From Candidatus Latescibacterota bacterium (lineage in GTDB: Bacteria > Latescibacterota > UBA2968 > UBA8231), in the NCBI GenBank assembly GCA_965208105.1, contig OZ242318.1:608001-672000 (forward strand): a DNA stretch of 64,000 bases. Direction: 5' to 3'. Under the pieces are notes generated by a model. It saw only the letters and a list, made by a program, of their open reading frames with translations. It searched no databases and was not told the origin of the DNA. The position numbers were made by a program, and so were the translations under genes. Below, piece after piece: positions 49,361 through 59,262 of the stretch (positions are counted from its first letter, which is position 1; each line of letters starts with the position of its first letter).

Positions 49361-51050
49361 TCTTCCCCCCGGCACCGTCATGATCATGGGAGCGCTACTC
49401 CTTCCCCTGGCGCGCGGGCGCCTGCAGTCCGCCTTCCTGGTGGCCTTGCCCTTTCTCAGCTTCGTCCACCTGCTGCAGTTTTCTCCCGGCATCCATGGCC
49501 GAATCGAGCTGTTCGACTACACCCTCGCCTGCGTCCGCGTCGACAAGCTGAGCCTGGTCTTCGGCTTCATCTTCCACCTAATGGCCATTCTCGGCTGCGT
49601 CTACGCCCTGCACCTGCGGGACCGGGTGCAGCACGGGGCCGGCCTGGTCTACGCCGGCTCGGCCATCGCAGCCGTCTTCGCGGGCGACCTGATCACCCTC
49701 TTCGCGTTCTGGGAGGTGACGGCGGTCTCCTCCGTACTGCTGATCTGGAGCCGGCGCACCGAGCGCGCCTACTCCGCCGGCATGCGCTATCTGATCATCC
49801 AGGTCAGCTCGGGCCTCATCCTCCTGGCGGGAATCCTCCTCCACCACCAGGCCACCGGCTCCCTGGATTTCGTCGATATGGGTGAGCTTGGGCCGCGCAA
49901 TCCCGGGGGCACTCTGATCTTCGCCGCCTTCGCCATCAAGTGCGCCTTCCCGCTGCTGCACAACTGGCTTCAGGACGCCTATCCCGAGGCCACGGTGACC
50001 GGCACCGTGTTTCTCAGCGCCTTCACCACCAAGATGGCGGTCTACGCCCTGGCGCGGGGCTATGCGGGCACAGAGATACTCATTCCCATCGGCGCTGTCA
50101 TGACCGCTTTTCCGGTCTTCTACGCGGTGATAGAAAACGACCTGAGGAGGGTGCTGGCCTACAGTCTGAACAACCAGCTGGGATTCATGGTGGTCGGCAT
50201 CGGGGTGGGAACGCAAATGGGCATCAACGGCGCCGTATCCCACGCCTTCGTGCACATTCTCTACAAGGCCCTGCTGTTCATGTCCATGGGGGCTGTCCTC
50301 TACCGCGTCGGCACCACCAGGGCCTCCGACCTCGGGGGAATCTACAAGTCCATGCCCCTCACCGCGGCCTTCTGCATCGTCGGCGCCGCCTCGATCTCCG
50401 CCTTTCCGCTCTTCAGCGGCTTCGTCACCAAATCGCTGACCCTGGCGGCGACCGCCGATGGAGGCCACACCGCCACCTTCTTCGTCCTGCTCTTCGCATC
50501 CGCGGGGGTGCTGCACCACTCCGGTATCAAGATCCCCTTCTACGGCTTCTTCGGCCGCGACTCGGGAATCCGCTGCAAGGAAGCCCCCCTGAACATGCTG
50601 ATCGCCATGGGCGCCGCCGCCTTCCTGTGCATCGCAATCGGGGTGTACCCCCAGCCGCTCTACGCGCTCCTTCCCTACCCGGTGGAATTCGAGCCCTACA
50701 CCTCGAGCCACGTTGTGACCCAGCTGCAGCTGCTGGCCTTCGCCGTCCTGGCCTTCGCCATCCTGGCGCGGAAGCACCTCGAAAGCGAAGAGATCCCCTG
50801 CACCAACCTGGACGCCGACTGGATCTACCGACGCCTGCTGCCGGCCGCGGTGGGAGCCGTGGAGCGGGCCGGGGCCCCACTGCTGCGCCGTTCCCTTGCC
50901 GCCGCCGATGCCGCGGTCGCCGCCGCCGTTGCCGGGGTGCGCCATCTCCACGGTCCCCAGGGCATCTTCGGACGGACGTGGGTGACGAGCAGCTGCGTTC
51001 TGCTGACGATGATATTTCTCATGTTATACCTGGTTTTCAATCTCGGATAG
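49353..51050 (+). CDS. MrpA/D-like Na+/H+ antiporter subunit
   Basis: LHNWLQDAYPEA, FTTK, RRVLAYS, FSGFVTKS. Confidence 0.9.
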   Translation: MTDLPPGTVMIMGALLLPLARGRLQSAFLVALPFLSFVHLLQFSPGIHGRIELFDYTLACVRVDKLSLVFGFIFHLMAILGCVYALHLRDRVQHGAGLVYAGSAIAAVFAGDLITLFAFWEVTAVSSVLLIWSRRTERAYSAGMRYLIIQVSSGLILLAGILLHHQATGSLDFVDMGELGPRNPGGTLIFAAFAIKCAFPLLHNWLQDAYPEATVTGTVFLSAFTTKMAVYALARGYAGTEILIPIGAVMTAFPVFYAVIENDLRRVLAYSLNNQLGFMVVGIGVGTQMGINGAVSHAFVHILYKALLFMSMGAVLYRVGTTRASDLGGIYKSMPLTAAFCIVGAASISAFPLFSGFVTKSLTLAATADGGHTATFFVLLFASAGVLHHSGIKIPFYGFFGRDSGIRCKEAPLNMLIAMGAAAFLCIAIGVYPQPLYALLPYPVEFEPYTSSHVVTQLQLLAFAVLAFAILARKHLESEEIPCTNLDADWIYRRLLPAAVGAVERAGAPLLRRSLAAADAAVAAAVAGVRHLHGPQGIFGRTWVTSSCVLLTMIFLMLYLVFNLG

Positions 51051-51097
51051 TTTCCAAGCTTCCTGCGCACCGGGGCAGGCCCAGGTTCGGGCAGGAA

Positions 51098-52294
51098 TCA
51101 CCCCGTTTCCGGCTTCCGGAGGGTCTCCGGCACCAGAACCGCGAGAATGAAGGCTGCCGCCAACCCCATGCCGGACACTGCCAGAGGAGCCAGCGCCAGG
51201 CCGACCAGGTCCGCCACGCTGCCGACGATGAGGGGACTGGCGGCCAATCCCCCATCCCCCACGAACCTCCACATCCCGAGGAACTCTCCCCTGGCCTGCG
51301 GCGGAGCCAGGTCGGCACCCAGGGTCATCATGGTGCCGGAACCAATGCCGTTTCCCAGGCCGATCAGGGTGGCAGCCCCGAGGAGCCCCATGAAGCTGTC
51401 GCTCAGGGGAATCAGGGCCATGCCCACGGCCTGGATCAGGAAACAGGGCACGGAGGCGTACTTGCGGCCGAGGCGGTCCATGAGCATCCCGGCGGGGTAG
51501 AACATGCACATGTCCAGCGCCGCGGAGATGCTCAGGATGAGACCCACATCCTGGACCTGCAGCCCGAGCGCGTCGGCGGCATAGAGCGGAACCACGATTG
51601 GAAATGCGGCGCGGATCATCTGGGCGAAGACCTGTCCCGAGCCGGCGGTGACCAGCTCGCGGCGATGCGATTTGAGGGTGGCCATCAAGCCGCCGCCGCC
51701 CTTATCGGCGCTCCGGGCCCCCTCCATTCCGGATCCTCTGCCGCGCACCCAGACGGCAACCGCAGCCAGCATGACCGCCGCCAGGACCGCGTATATCAGA
51801 AAGGGTGCCCTGAACCCGTACGCGGCCGCCACCACCCCACCCAGGGCGGGTCCAAAGAACTTTCCCATGCGGGCAATCCCGCCCCAGACCGCAATGGCCC
51901 TCCCCCGGAGGCCGCGGTGAACCACTTCGGCGAGGTAGGCGTAGCGCGAGATGTCCCACAGAGCCAGCCCCATGCCCGAGACCAGCCGGCAGGCGATGAG
52001 CTCGGCAAGACTCCGGGCCCAGACCAGTCCCAGGACACCCAGGACGGTGCAAATCATCCCCAGAATCATCACCTTCCTCTGTCCCAGTTTTCGCAGCAGC
52101 ATTCCCGCCGGCACGTCGCTCAACAAGGTCCCTATCCCCTCCGCCGCCAGCACCAGGCCGATGAGTCCGTATGACACCTCGAAGGACCGCGCGTAGAGGG
52201 GCAGCACGGGCAGCAGCAGACCCTTGCAGAACGAAACGGTGAGGTTGGGAAGGTAGACCGTGAGGATGAGATTCTTGGCGGTGGGGGTGAGCAA
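51098..52294 (-). CDS. MFS transporter
   Basis: Multiple TM segments; GMLMDRLGRK motif A. Confidence 0.9.
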   Translation of the reverse strand: MLTPTAKNLILTVYLPNLTVSFCKGLLLPVLPLYARSFEVSYGLIGLVLAAEGIGTLLSDVPAGMLLRKLGQRKVMILGMICTVLGVLGLVWARSLAELIACRLVSGMGLALWDISRYAYLAEVVHRGLRGRAIAVWGGIARMGKFFGPALGGVVAAAYGFRAPFLIYAVLAAVMLAAVAVWVRGRGSGMEGARSADKGGGGLMATLKSHRRELVTAGSGQVFAQMIRAAFPIVVPLYAADALGLQVQDVGLILSISAALDMCMFYPAGMLMDRLGRKYASVPCFLIQAVGMALIPLSDSFMGLLGAATLIGLGNGIGSGTMMTLGADLAPPQARGEFLGMWRFVGDGGLAASPLIVGSVADLVGLALAPLAVSGMGLAAAFILAVLVPETLRKPETG

Positions 52295-52444
52295 AGCGGG
52301 TTCAGCCTCTATATTTTATTATTCCATTGCTTCAATTGGGCGCCCATGGATCGATCCGCGTGGAAGCGGCCTCTCACGGTAGGTGCCGCACCGCCCCTGC
52401 GGTCGGCCCCGGGCGGCTTGCGCATCTCACACCAGGTTTTCGCG

Positions 52445-53497
52445 ATGAAAATCGCCGTACTGCTCTCGGGCGGGGTGGACAGCTCCGTCGCCCTCAACCT
52501 GCTCAAACGCGGGGGGTACCGGGACCTCACCGCCTTCTATCTCAAGGTCTGGCTAGAGGACGAGCTGGCCTTTCTCGGCGAGTGTCCCTGGCAGGAGGAC
52601 CTGCGCTATGCCCGCGCCGTCTGCGAACAGCTGGACGTACCTCTGGAAATCGTGTCCCTGCAGTCAGCCTACCGCGACAAGGTGGTGGAGCACGCCCTGG
52701 CCGAGCTGGCCGCCGGCCGCACCCCCAGCCCGGACATCCTCTGCAACCAGCGCATCAAGTTCGGCGAGTTCTTCAGGCGCCTGAACGGCCGCTGCGCGAA
52801 GGTCGCCTCGGGGCACTACGCCCGCATCGGCCAGCGCGGCGGCACCTTCTTCCTCGAGCGCGGACCCGATGCGGTGAAGGACCAGACCTATTTCCTCTCC
52901 AACCTCGACCAGGGCCAACTGCGGCGCATCCTCTTTCCCATCGGGCATCTGACCAAGGAGGAGGTGCGCCTCCTCGCCGCAGAGCTGGACCTGCCCACCA
53001 GGAACCGCAAAGACAGCCAGGGAATCTGTTTCCTGGGAAAGATCAACTACCGCGACTTCGTGGCCTTCCACCTGGGCAGGCGCCGCGGAGACCTCGTTGC
53101 GCTGGAATCGGGGGAAAAACTGGGCGAGCACCAGGGTTTCTGGTTCTACACCACAGGCCAGCGCCACGGCCTGGGTCTGGGTGGCGGTCCCTGGTACGTG
53201 GTGCGGAAAGACGTGGACAGGAATATCGTCTATGTCTCCCACCAAGACCAGGGTGAACTGCGCCAGCGCCGTCGTTTTACCGCCTCCAATCTCAACTGGA
53301 TCTCCGGCAGACCAGGCGCCGGCACCGTGCAGGTGAAGCTCCGCCACGGCCCCGAACTCTCCCCCTGCCGCCTCGAGTTTCTCGCTCCCGATCGCCTGCA
53401 GGCGACCCTGGATCTGCCCGACCCGGGGATCGCCCCGGGGCAGCACGCCGTCTTCTACCAGGGCAGGCGCTGCCTGGGCGGCGGCACGATCGAATGA
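52445..53497 (+). CDS. mnmA: tRNA 2-thiouridine synthase
   Basis: SGGVDSS, TPSPDILCN, ASGHYA, KDQTYFL, DSQGICF, PGQ. Confidence 0.96.
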   Translation: MKIAVLLSGGVDSSVALNLLKRGGYRDLTAFYLKVWLEDELAFLGECPWQEDLRYARAVCEQLDVPLEIVSLQSAYRDKVVEHALAELAAGRTPSPDILCNQRIKFGEFFRRLNGRCAKVASGHYARIGQRGGTFFLERGPDAVKDQTYFLSNLDQGQLRRILFPIGHLTKEEVRLLAAELDLPTRNRKDSQGICFLGKINYRDFVAFHLGRRRGDLVALESGEKLGEHQGFWFYTTGQRHGLGLGGGPWYVVRKDVDRNIVYVSHQDQGELRQRRRFTASNLNWISGRPGAGTVQVKLRHGPELSPCRLEFLAPDRLQATLDLPDPGIAPGQHAVFYQGRRCLGGGTIE

Positions 53498-53543
53498 ACG
53501 GGTCGAGGTCCTCGCACGGCGCCACTGCCTGCCCCCGCGTCGA

Positions 53544-53580
53544 CTGGCAGCCCGTTGAGAAAGTCCATCCGGGCTGCTAG
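53544..53580. repeat. Collapsed type 3 element (37-bp hairpin)
   Basis: CTGGCAGCCCGTTGAGAAAGT...CGGGCTGCTAG; left part matches the reverse complement of the end at 8981..9001. Confidence 0.55.
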
Positions 53581-53744
53581 TGTCCCATCGCAGAAATATG
53601 TCGCCATTATTCCGCCGATCCATTCCGGCTCACGGCGTTGCCTTCACTCGCCGTACACTACTGGTACGACTCGCTCAGGCGCCTTGTGAGCCTGCCGCCT
53701 CGGCGGCCTAATTTCGTCAACCTATCTCTGCGACGGGACACTAG
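53577..53744. mobile_element. MITE copy C, type 1 ends, inverted relative to A and B
   Basis: CTAGTGTCCCATCGCAGA...TCTGCGACGGGACACTAG, 168 bp. Confidence 0.9.
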
Positions 53745-54733
53745 GCCATGGTCTTGAGCATCTCCAGGGTCACCCTGTAGCGCAGGGGGCGGCCGGCTGC
53801 CCAGTTCTCGAACTCGGCGATGGCATAATCGGCCTGGCGCAGGATTTCGTCTCCCTGGGAACCGGCAATGTGCGAGCTGAGATGCACGTTGGGCAGGGTG
53901 TAGAACTCCGAGCCCTCCAGCGGCGGCTCGGGATCGGTCACGTCGAGCAGGGCGGTGAGGTCGGGGCGCTCCCTCAGTACTCCTATGAGGTCCTCCTCCA
54001 CCACCTGGGCCCCGCGTCCGGTGTTGATGAAGGTCGCGCCCTCGCGCATGCCGGCGAACAGCCTGCGGTCCAGCATGCCGCGGGTGGCGGGAAGGTCGGG
54101 CAGATGGTTGCTGACCACGCAGGAGCGGGCGAAGACCGCATCCAGCCCCACCTTCTCCACCCGGAGACGGGCAGCTTCCTCATCCTTCAGGAAGGGGTCG
54201 TGGGCGATCACCTTCAGCTCGAAGGGCCGCAGGAGCCGGCAGACCCTGCGGCCCACCATGCCCGCCCCGATGATGCCCACGGTCTCGCCGAATGCTCCCG
54301 GTCCGCGGGGAGCCCGGCGGCGCAGCGCGGGCGAAAGCAAGGAGCGGGTATTGCGGAAGTACCCCTTGCACGAGAGGAGGATCTGGGCCAGGGTGAACTC
54401 CGCCACCGGCACCGCGTTGGCTGCCCAGGAGCTGACCAGGAGAATGCCTCGGCGCAGCAGGGGAGGGGCGAAACTCTGCACCGTGCCGGCGGCGTAGAAT
54501 ACCGCCTGCAGGGCCGGCAGCCGGGCCAGCTCCCCGGCCCCCATGGGCACCATGCCCCAGGTGGAGAAGATGACCTCCAGATCCCGAAGGCGGTCGGCAT
54601 GGTCGGCAAAGTTTTCCGATGTAACCACGTGGGGATAGAGGTCCACGAGCCTCTCCAATCTCTCTCTTCGGCCCCGGGCGAAGACGCGCTCCAATCTCTC
54701 GGGATCCTGGTTGAAGAATGCCGCTTTTTTCAT
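53741..54733 (-). CDS. D-isomer-specific 2-hydroxyacid dehydrogenase family
   Basis: GAGMVG, FINTGRG, LDVTDPEP, SHIAG. Confidence 0.92.
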   Translation of the reverse strand: MKKAAFFNQDPERLERVFARGRRERLERLVDLYPHVVTSENFADHADRLRDLEVIFSTWGMVPMGAGELARLPALQAVFYAAGTVQSFAPPLLRRGILLVSSWAANAVPVAEFTLAQILLSCKGYFRNTRSLLSPALRRRAPRGPGAFGETVGIIGAGMVGRRVCRLLRPFELKVIAHDPFLKDEEAARLRVEKVGLDAVFARSCVVSNHLPDLPATRGMLDRRLFAGMREGATFINTGRGAQVVEEDLIGVLRERPDLTALLDVTDPEPPLEGSEFYTLPNVHLSSHIAGSQGDEILRQADYAIAEFENWAAGRPLRYRVTLEMLKTMA

Positions 54734-55102
54734 TATCCCCGGGCTATTCAGGTAAGGGCGGCGCCGGCCATGCGTCCATGGCGCATGTGGGTGAAGAGAT
54801 CCGCCGGGGGCTCCCACGCTCGGGCGGACCGGCACCGGTATGCTCCCCCGGTGACACCTCGGCGGCCGGGCCAATCGAGGCTCCTAAACTAGGAGGACGG
54901 CAGACCCGCGCAATGCCCCCGAGGCCACCGTCCGGGCATAGCCGGGCATGGACAGCAATTCCGGATTTGGCTTTCTTTGCACCACCCAAAAGGGGCCGGC
55001 ACCAACCGCTCCGGGCGTTGCTCCGATGGCCCGGATCAATCGCCCTGGACTGGGAGGCTACCTCGCTACATCCTGACCGTCCGTCCCGGCAAGGAGAGCA
55101 GA

Positions 55103-56185
55103 ATGAGCTACGGTCTCGACATTCCCCGGGAAGGCGCCCTCGACCTGGTTTCCCTCGGCGCCCTGGTGCACCGGCTCGATCCGGGTATCATCCCCTTCCG
55201 CAAGGCGAACGACTGCAGAATCCACGTGAGCGGCGGCGAGTTCAACGTGGCGGCCAACCTGGCGGATTGCTTCGGCATGCGGACGGGAATAATCACCGCC
55301 ATGGTCGACTACCCCATCGGCGACCTCATCTCCGAGCGCGTCAGGGCCATGGGGGTGAAGCCGTTCTACAAGCGCTTCGACCACGACGGTGTCAGCGGAC
55401 CCAACATGGCCACCGTCTTCAGCGACCGGGGCTACGGGGTGCGCGCCCCCCTGGTCTTCTACAACCGCTCCAACGAGGCGGCGGCGCGGCTCAAGCCCGG
55501 AGACTTCGACTGGGACGCCGTCTTCGCCGGCGGGGTGCGCTGGTTTCACAGCGGGGGCATCTTTGCGGCCCTGTCCGAGTCCACCGCCGCGGTGATCGTC
55601 GAGGCCATGCAGGCGGCCAAGGCACGTGGTGCGGTTGTCTCCTTCGATCTGAACTTCCGGGAAAAACTGTGGAGCGTCTTTGGAGGCCTGGAAGGGGCCC
55701 AGGCCACCCTCGGGAACATTGTCGACAACGTGGACGTCATCGTCGGCAACGAGGAAGACCTGCAGAACGGGCTTGGAGTGTCCGGACCGGAAATTGGGGA
55801 TCGCTCCAAGCTCGACCCCAGCAGCTTCTTCCTCATGATCGACCGGGTCCTGGAGCGCTACCCCCAGCTAAGGATCATCGCCACCACCCTGCGCGAGGTG
55901 CACTCGACCAACCGCCACAGCTGGGGCGCGGTGGCCTGGGTCGACGGGGAGGCCTACGTGGCTCCCACCTGCGAGCTGGACGTTTACGACCGTGTCGGCG
56001 GCGGCGACGGATTCGCCTCCGGGTTCTTCTACGGGCTCCTCTCCGGCGCCACCCCGGAGGAAGCCACGCGCCTGGGCTGGGCCCACGGCGCCCTGCTGAC
56101 CACCTTTCCGGGGGACACCACCATGGCGACGGCGGCGCAGGTGCGCTCCTTCGCCGAAGGCGGCTCCGCCCGCATCCAGCGCTAG
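55103..56185 (+). CDS. PfkB family sugar kinase (KdgK-like)
   Basis: GGEFNVA, FDLNFREKLW, NEED, DRVGGGDGFASG. Confidence 0.9.
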   Translation: MSYGLDIPREGALDLVSLGALVHRLDPGIIPFRKANDCRIHVSGGEFNVAANLADCFGMRTGIITAMVDYPIGDLISERVRAMGVKPFYKRFDHDGVSGPNMATVFSDRGYGVRAPLVFYNRSNEAAARLKPGDFDWDAVFAGGVRWFHSGGIFAALSESTAAVIVEAMQAAKARGAVVSFDLNFREKLWSVFGGLEGAQATLGNIVDNVDVIVGNEEDLQNGLGVSGPEIGDRSKLDPSSFFLMIDRVLERYPQLRIIATTLREVHSTNRHSWGAVAWVDGEAYVAPTCELDVYDRVGGGDGFASGFFYGLLSGATPEEATRLGWAHGALLTTFPGDTTMATAAQVRSFAEGGSARIQR

Positions 56186-56283
56186 CGCCGGTGCGCGATA
56201 TCGAGCTTACGAGCGAAGGCAACGCCGCGGGACGGGATGCAACCGCGGCCGAATTCACCCGGAATTGCGCCCGCTGGCACTTG
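56182..56283. mobile_element. Degenerate half copy F of the type 2 MITE
   Basis: 56210..56283 resembles the reverse complement of the left part of 62481..62647 (GGCAACGCCGCG..GGGATGCA..GCGGCCGAATTCAC..GGAATTGCGC..GGCACT); starts at CTAG. Confidence 0.7.
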
Positions 56284-56304
56284 GTCCGTTGAAGGAAGGC
56301 TGCC

Positions 56305-56991
56305 ATGCCGCTGTGGAATGACGACGCTGAACTCTTCGATCTGATGAAGCGCGAGTTGTTCACCGCCGTGGTCGGCGACGTCCTCGACAGCGCCGGGATG
56401 ACCCTGCAGTTTCTGCCGCGCCAGATCCAGCCCCTGCGCGACGACATGATCGTCGCCGGCCGCGCCATGCCCGTCCTCTCGGCCGACTGCAAGGGCTCCA
56501 CCGCGAGCGAACAGGGCCACCGCCAGCCCTTCGGCCTGCTGTTCAGGGCCCTGGACGATCTCAAGCCGAACGAAGTCTACCTCTGCACCGGGGGTACACC
56601 TTCCTTCGCCACCTGGGGCGGCCTGATGAGCACCCGCGCCATCAGGCTGGGAGCCGCCGGAGCCGTGCTCAACGGGTGCTCCCGCGATACCCGCGAGATA
56701 CTCGCTCTCGACTTTCCCACCTTCTCGCTGGGCAGATACGCCCAGGACCAGGGTGCGCGGGGCCGGGTCATCGACTTTCGCTGTCCCATCTCCTTTCACA
56801 ACGGTGTGGCGGTGGAGCCTGGAGACATCGTCTTCGGCGACGTGGACGGGGTGGTCATCGTGCCCTGGGACAGGGCCGGTGAAATCATTGCAGCGGCCCT
56901 GGAGAAGGTGAGGGGAGAGGACCAGGTGCGCCAGGCCATCCGCGCCGGCATGGGAGCGCAGGAGGCCTACGACAAATACGGCATTCTCTAG
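56305..56991 (+). CDS. RraA / HMG-aldolase family protein
   Basis: WGGLMS, GCSRD, PGDIVFGDVDGVVIVP. Confidence 0.88.
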   Translation: MPLWNDDAELFDLMKRELFTAVVGDVLDSAGMTLQFLPRQIQPLRDDMIVAGRAMPVLSADCKGSTASEQGHRQPFGLLFRALDDLKPNEVYLCTGGTPSFATWGGLMSTRAIRLGAAGAVLNGCSRDTREILALDFPTFSLGRYAQDQGARGRVIDFRCPISFHNGVAVEPGDIVFGDVDGVVIVPWDRAGEIIAAALEKVRGEDQVRQAIRAGMGAQEAYDKYGIL

Positions 56992-57002
56992 GTCCTTTTT
57001 CC

Positions 57003-58406
57003 ATGAGCCACGGTTCGATTCCCCGTTCCCGCCTGGAGGCCGCCCTCGCCTCCCTGGAAGCCTTGCTGGGGCCGCGCCTGTCCACCGATGAGGAAGCCCG
57101 CGCGCGCCATGCCAAGGACGAGTCACACCACGCTGCCCAACCCCCCCACGCGGTGGCCTTTCCACGCTCCGGGGAGGAGGTGGCCAGCATCGTGCGGATC
57201 TGCGCCGGGCAGCGAGTGCCCATCGTGCCCTACGGCACCGGCACCGCGGTGGAGGGCGGAGTCGTGGCCATCCACGGCGGCGTCTGCGTCGACTTCTGCC
57301 GGATGAACCGGATCCTGCGGCTGAGCCCGAGGGACATGGACGCCACCGTGCAGGCGGGCGTCACCCGCAGGCAACTCAACCGGCATCTCGCCGACGCCGG
57401 CACCGGGCTGTTCTTCCCCGTGGACCCGGGGGCCGATGCGTCCCTGGGGGGCATGGCCGCGACCCGGGCTTCGGGCCTGTCGGCGGTGTGCTACGGCACC
57501 ATGCGCGAGAACGTCCTCGGCCTGGTGGCGGTCATGGCCGACGGGCGCATCGTGCGCACCGGGGGGCGGGCGCGCAAATCGGCGGCCGGATACGACCTGA
57601 CCCACCTGCTGGTGGGCTCGGAAGGAACCCTGGGAATCATCACCGAGCTCACCTTGCGCCTGGGGCGAGTGCCGGAGGCCATGGCTGCCGCGGTGTGCGC
57701 CTTCGCCGGAGTCGAGGCCGCGGTGGACACGGTCATCGAGGTGATGAGCGCGGCGGTCCCCATGGCCCGGATCGAGCTCCTCGACGCGGTTCAAATGGGT
57801 GCCATCAACCGCTATTCGGGACTGGACTACGAGGTCTCCCCCACCCTCTTCTTCGAGTTCCACGGATCCTCAACCGCGGTGGTCGAACAGAGCGAGGCGG
57901 TGGGCGCCATCGCCGCCCGCTTCGGGGGCGAAAACTTCCGCTGGGCAACCGAGGCAAAGGAGCGCGAGCGCCTGTGGCAGGCGCGCTACGATTCCTACTA
58001 CGCCTCCCGCGCCCTGCGCCCCGGCGCCGTGGGCTACGTCACCGACGTCTGCGTCCCCATTTCCCGGCTCGCCGCGGCCATCGTCAGGACCAGGAAGGCC
58101 CTTGAAGAGACCAGCCTGCCCGCACCTCTCTACGGCCACGTGGGAGACGGCAACTTTCACGTGGTCCTTCTCATCGATCCGGAAAGTCCCCCCGAACTGC
58201 GGGAGGCCCGGGACCTCGGCCGCCGCATCGTCGACATCGCCCTGGAACTGGGAGGCACCTGCAGCGGCGAGCACGGAATCGGGCTGGGCAAGATCGATGC
58301 CCTTGCCCGGGAACACGGCGAGGGCACGGCGGTGATGAAGGCGATCAAGAACGCCCTGGACCCGCACAATATCATGAACCCGGGAAAGGTGCTGGGAGCC
58401 CCATGA
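57003..58406 (+). CDS. FAD-linked oxidase (D-lactate dehydrogenase/GlcD type)
   Basis: FPVDPGADAS, GSEGTLGII, GHVGDGNFH, GEHGIG, NPGK. Confidence 0.92.
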   Translation: MSHGSIPRSRLEAALASLEALLGPRLSTDEEARARHAKDESHHAAQPPHAVAFPRSGEEVASIVRICAGQRVPIVPYGTGTAVEGGVVAIHGGVCVDFCRMNRILRLSPRDMDATVQAGVTRRQLNRHLADAGTGLFFPVDPGADASLGGMAATRASGLSAVCYGTMRENVLGLVAVMADGRIVRTGGRARKSAAGYDLTHLLVGSEGTLGIITELTLRLGRVPEAMAAAVCAFAGVEAAVDTVIEVMSAAVPMARIELLDAVQMGAINRYSGLDYEVSPTLFFEFHGSSTAVVEQSEAVGAIAARFGGENFRWATEAKERERLWQARYDSYYASRALRPGAVGYVTDVCVPISRLAAAIVRTRKALEETSLPAPLYGHVGDGNFHVVLLIDPESPPELREARDLGRRIVDIALELGGTCSGEHGIGLGKIDALAREHGEGTAVMKAIKNALDPHNIMNPGKVLGAP

Positions 58407-59041
58407 CCAAGGCGGAAAAAGTCCGGATCGTCATGGATACCCTGGAAAGGCTCTATCCCGATGTCAGCGTGCCCCTCGACCACCGCGATCCCTACACCCA
58501 CATGATCGCGGTGCTGCTCTCGGCCCAGTGCACCGACGCCCGCGTCAACGTGATCGCGCCGCAGCTCTTCGCCCGCGCCCGAACCCCCACCCGGATGGTC
58601 GAGCTCGGGGTGGCCGAGATCGAGGCCATCATCCGCCCCTGCGGCCTGGCGCCGCGCAAGTCCAGGGCCATCCGCGACCTCTCGCAGATCCTCCTCGACC
58701 GGCACCAGGGAAAGGTGCCTGCCAGTCTGGAGGAGCTGGAGAAGCTGCCCGGAATCGGCCACAAGAGCGCCCAGGTGGTCATGGCCCAGGACTTCGGCGT
58801 GCCCTCCTTTCCGGTGGACACCCACATACACCGGCTGGCCTTCAGGTGGGGTCTGTCCACCGGCAGGAGCGTGGAGCGCACCGAGAAGGACCTCAAGCGC
58901 CTCTTCCCGAGGGAGCGCTGGAACAAGCTGCACCTGCAGATCATCTATTTCGGACGCGAGCACTGCCCCGCCCGCGGCCACGACCCCTACGCCTGTCCGC
59001 TGTGCAGCAGAGTGGGCCGCAGAAGCCTGTTCAAACGATAA
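58403..59041 (+). CDS. nth: Endonuclease III
   Basis: LLSAQCTD, LPGIGHKSA, PVDTH, C-terminal Cys cluster. Confidence 0.93.
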   Translation: MTKAEKVRIVMDTLERLYPDVSVPLDHRDPYTHMIAVLLSAQCTDARVNVIAPQLFARARTPTRMVELGVAEIEAIIRPCGLAPRKSRAIRDLSQILLDRHQGKVPASLEELEKLPGIGHKSAQVVMAQDFGVPSFPVDTHIHRLAFRWGLSTGRSVERTEKDLKRLFPRERWNKLHLQIIYFGREHCPARGHDPYACPLCSRVGRRSLFKR

Positions 59042-59262
59042 GCTATTAGGAATAGGCAAATGGTTGGCTGGTGTGGTGGCGATTTGCGCAGAGCGTCGGG
59101 CAGGAGCCACCTGAAATCAATCAGTCCGAGCCAATACCGGCGAGCAGATGATCGAGCCTGGTGGCAACTTCGTAGAGGGCGGGGCCTCCCCTGAACCATC
59201 CCTCGAACAATACGACGCCAGGGTCGGCATGCGACGGTGCCCTGCAACCCTGCCGCCCCCAA

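Noticed and set aside
53557-53566. GAGAAAGTCC resembling the RNase P RNA motif
   Set aside because: No other rnpB elements or room; explained by the type 3 element end
54734-55102. Long divergent intergenic region as possible ncRNA or element remnant
   Set aside because: A lone GGCGTTGC and a CTAG are present but no coherent core, TIR or RNA family could be supported
58960-59041. Nth with only three C-terminal cysteines
   Set aside because: A variant I recall from other endonuclease III proteins; not enough to call novel
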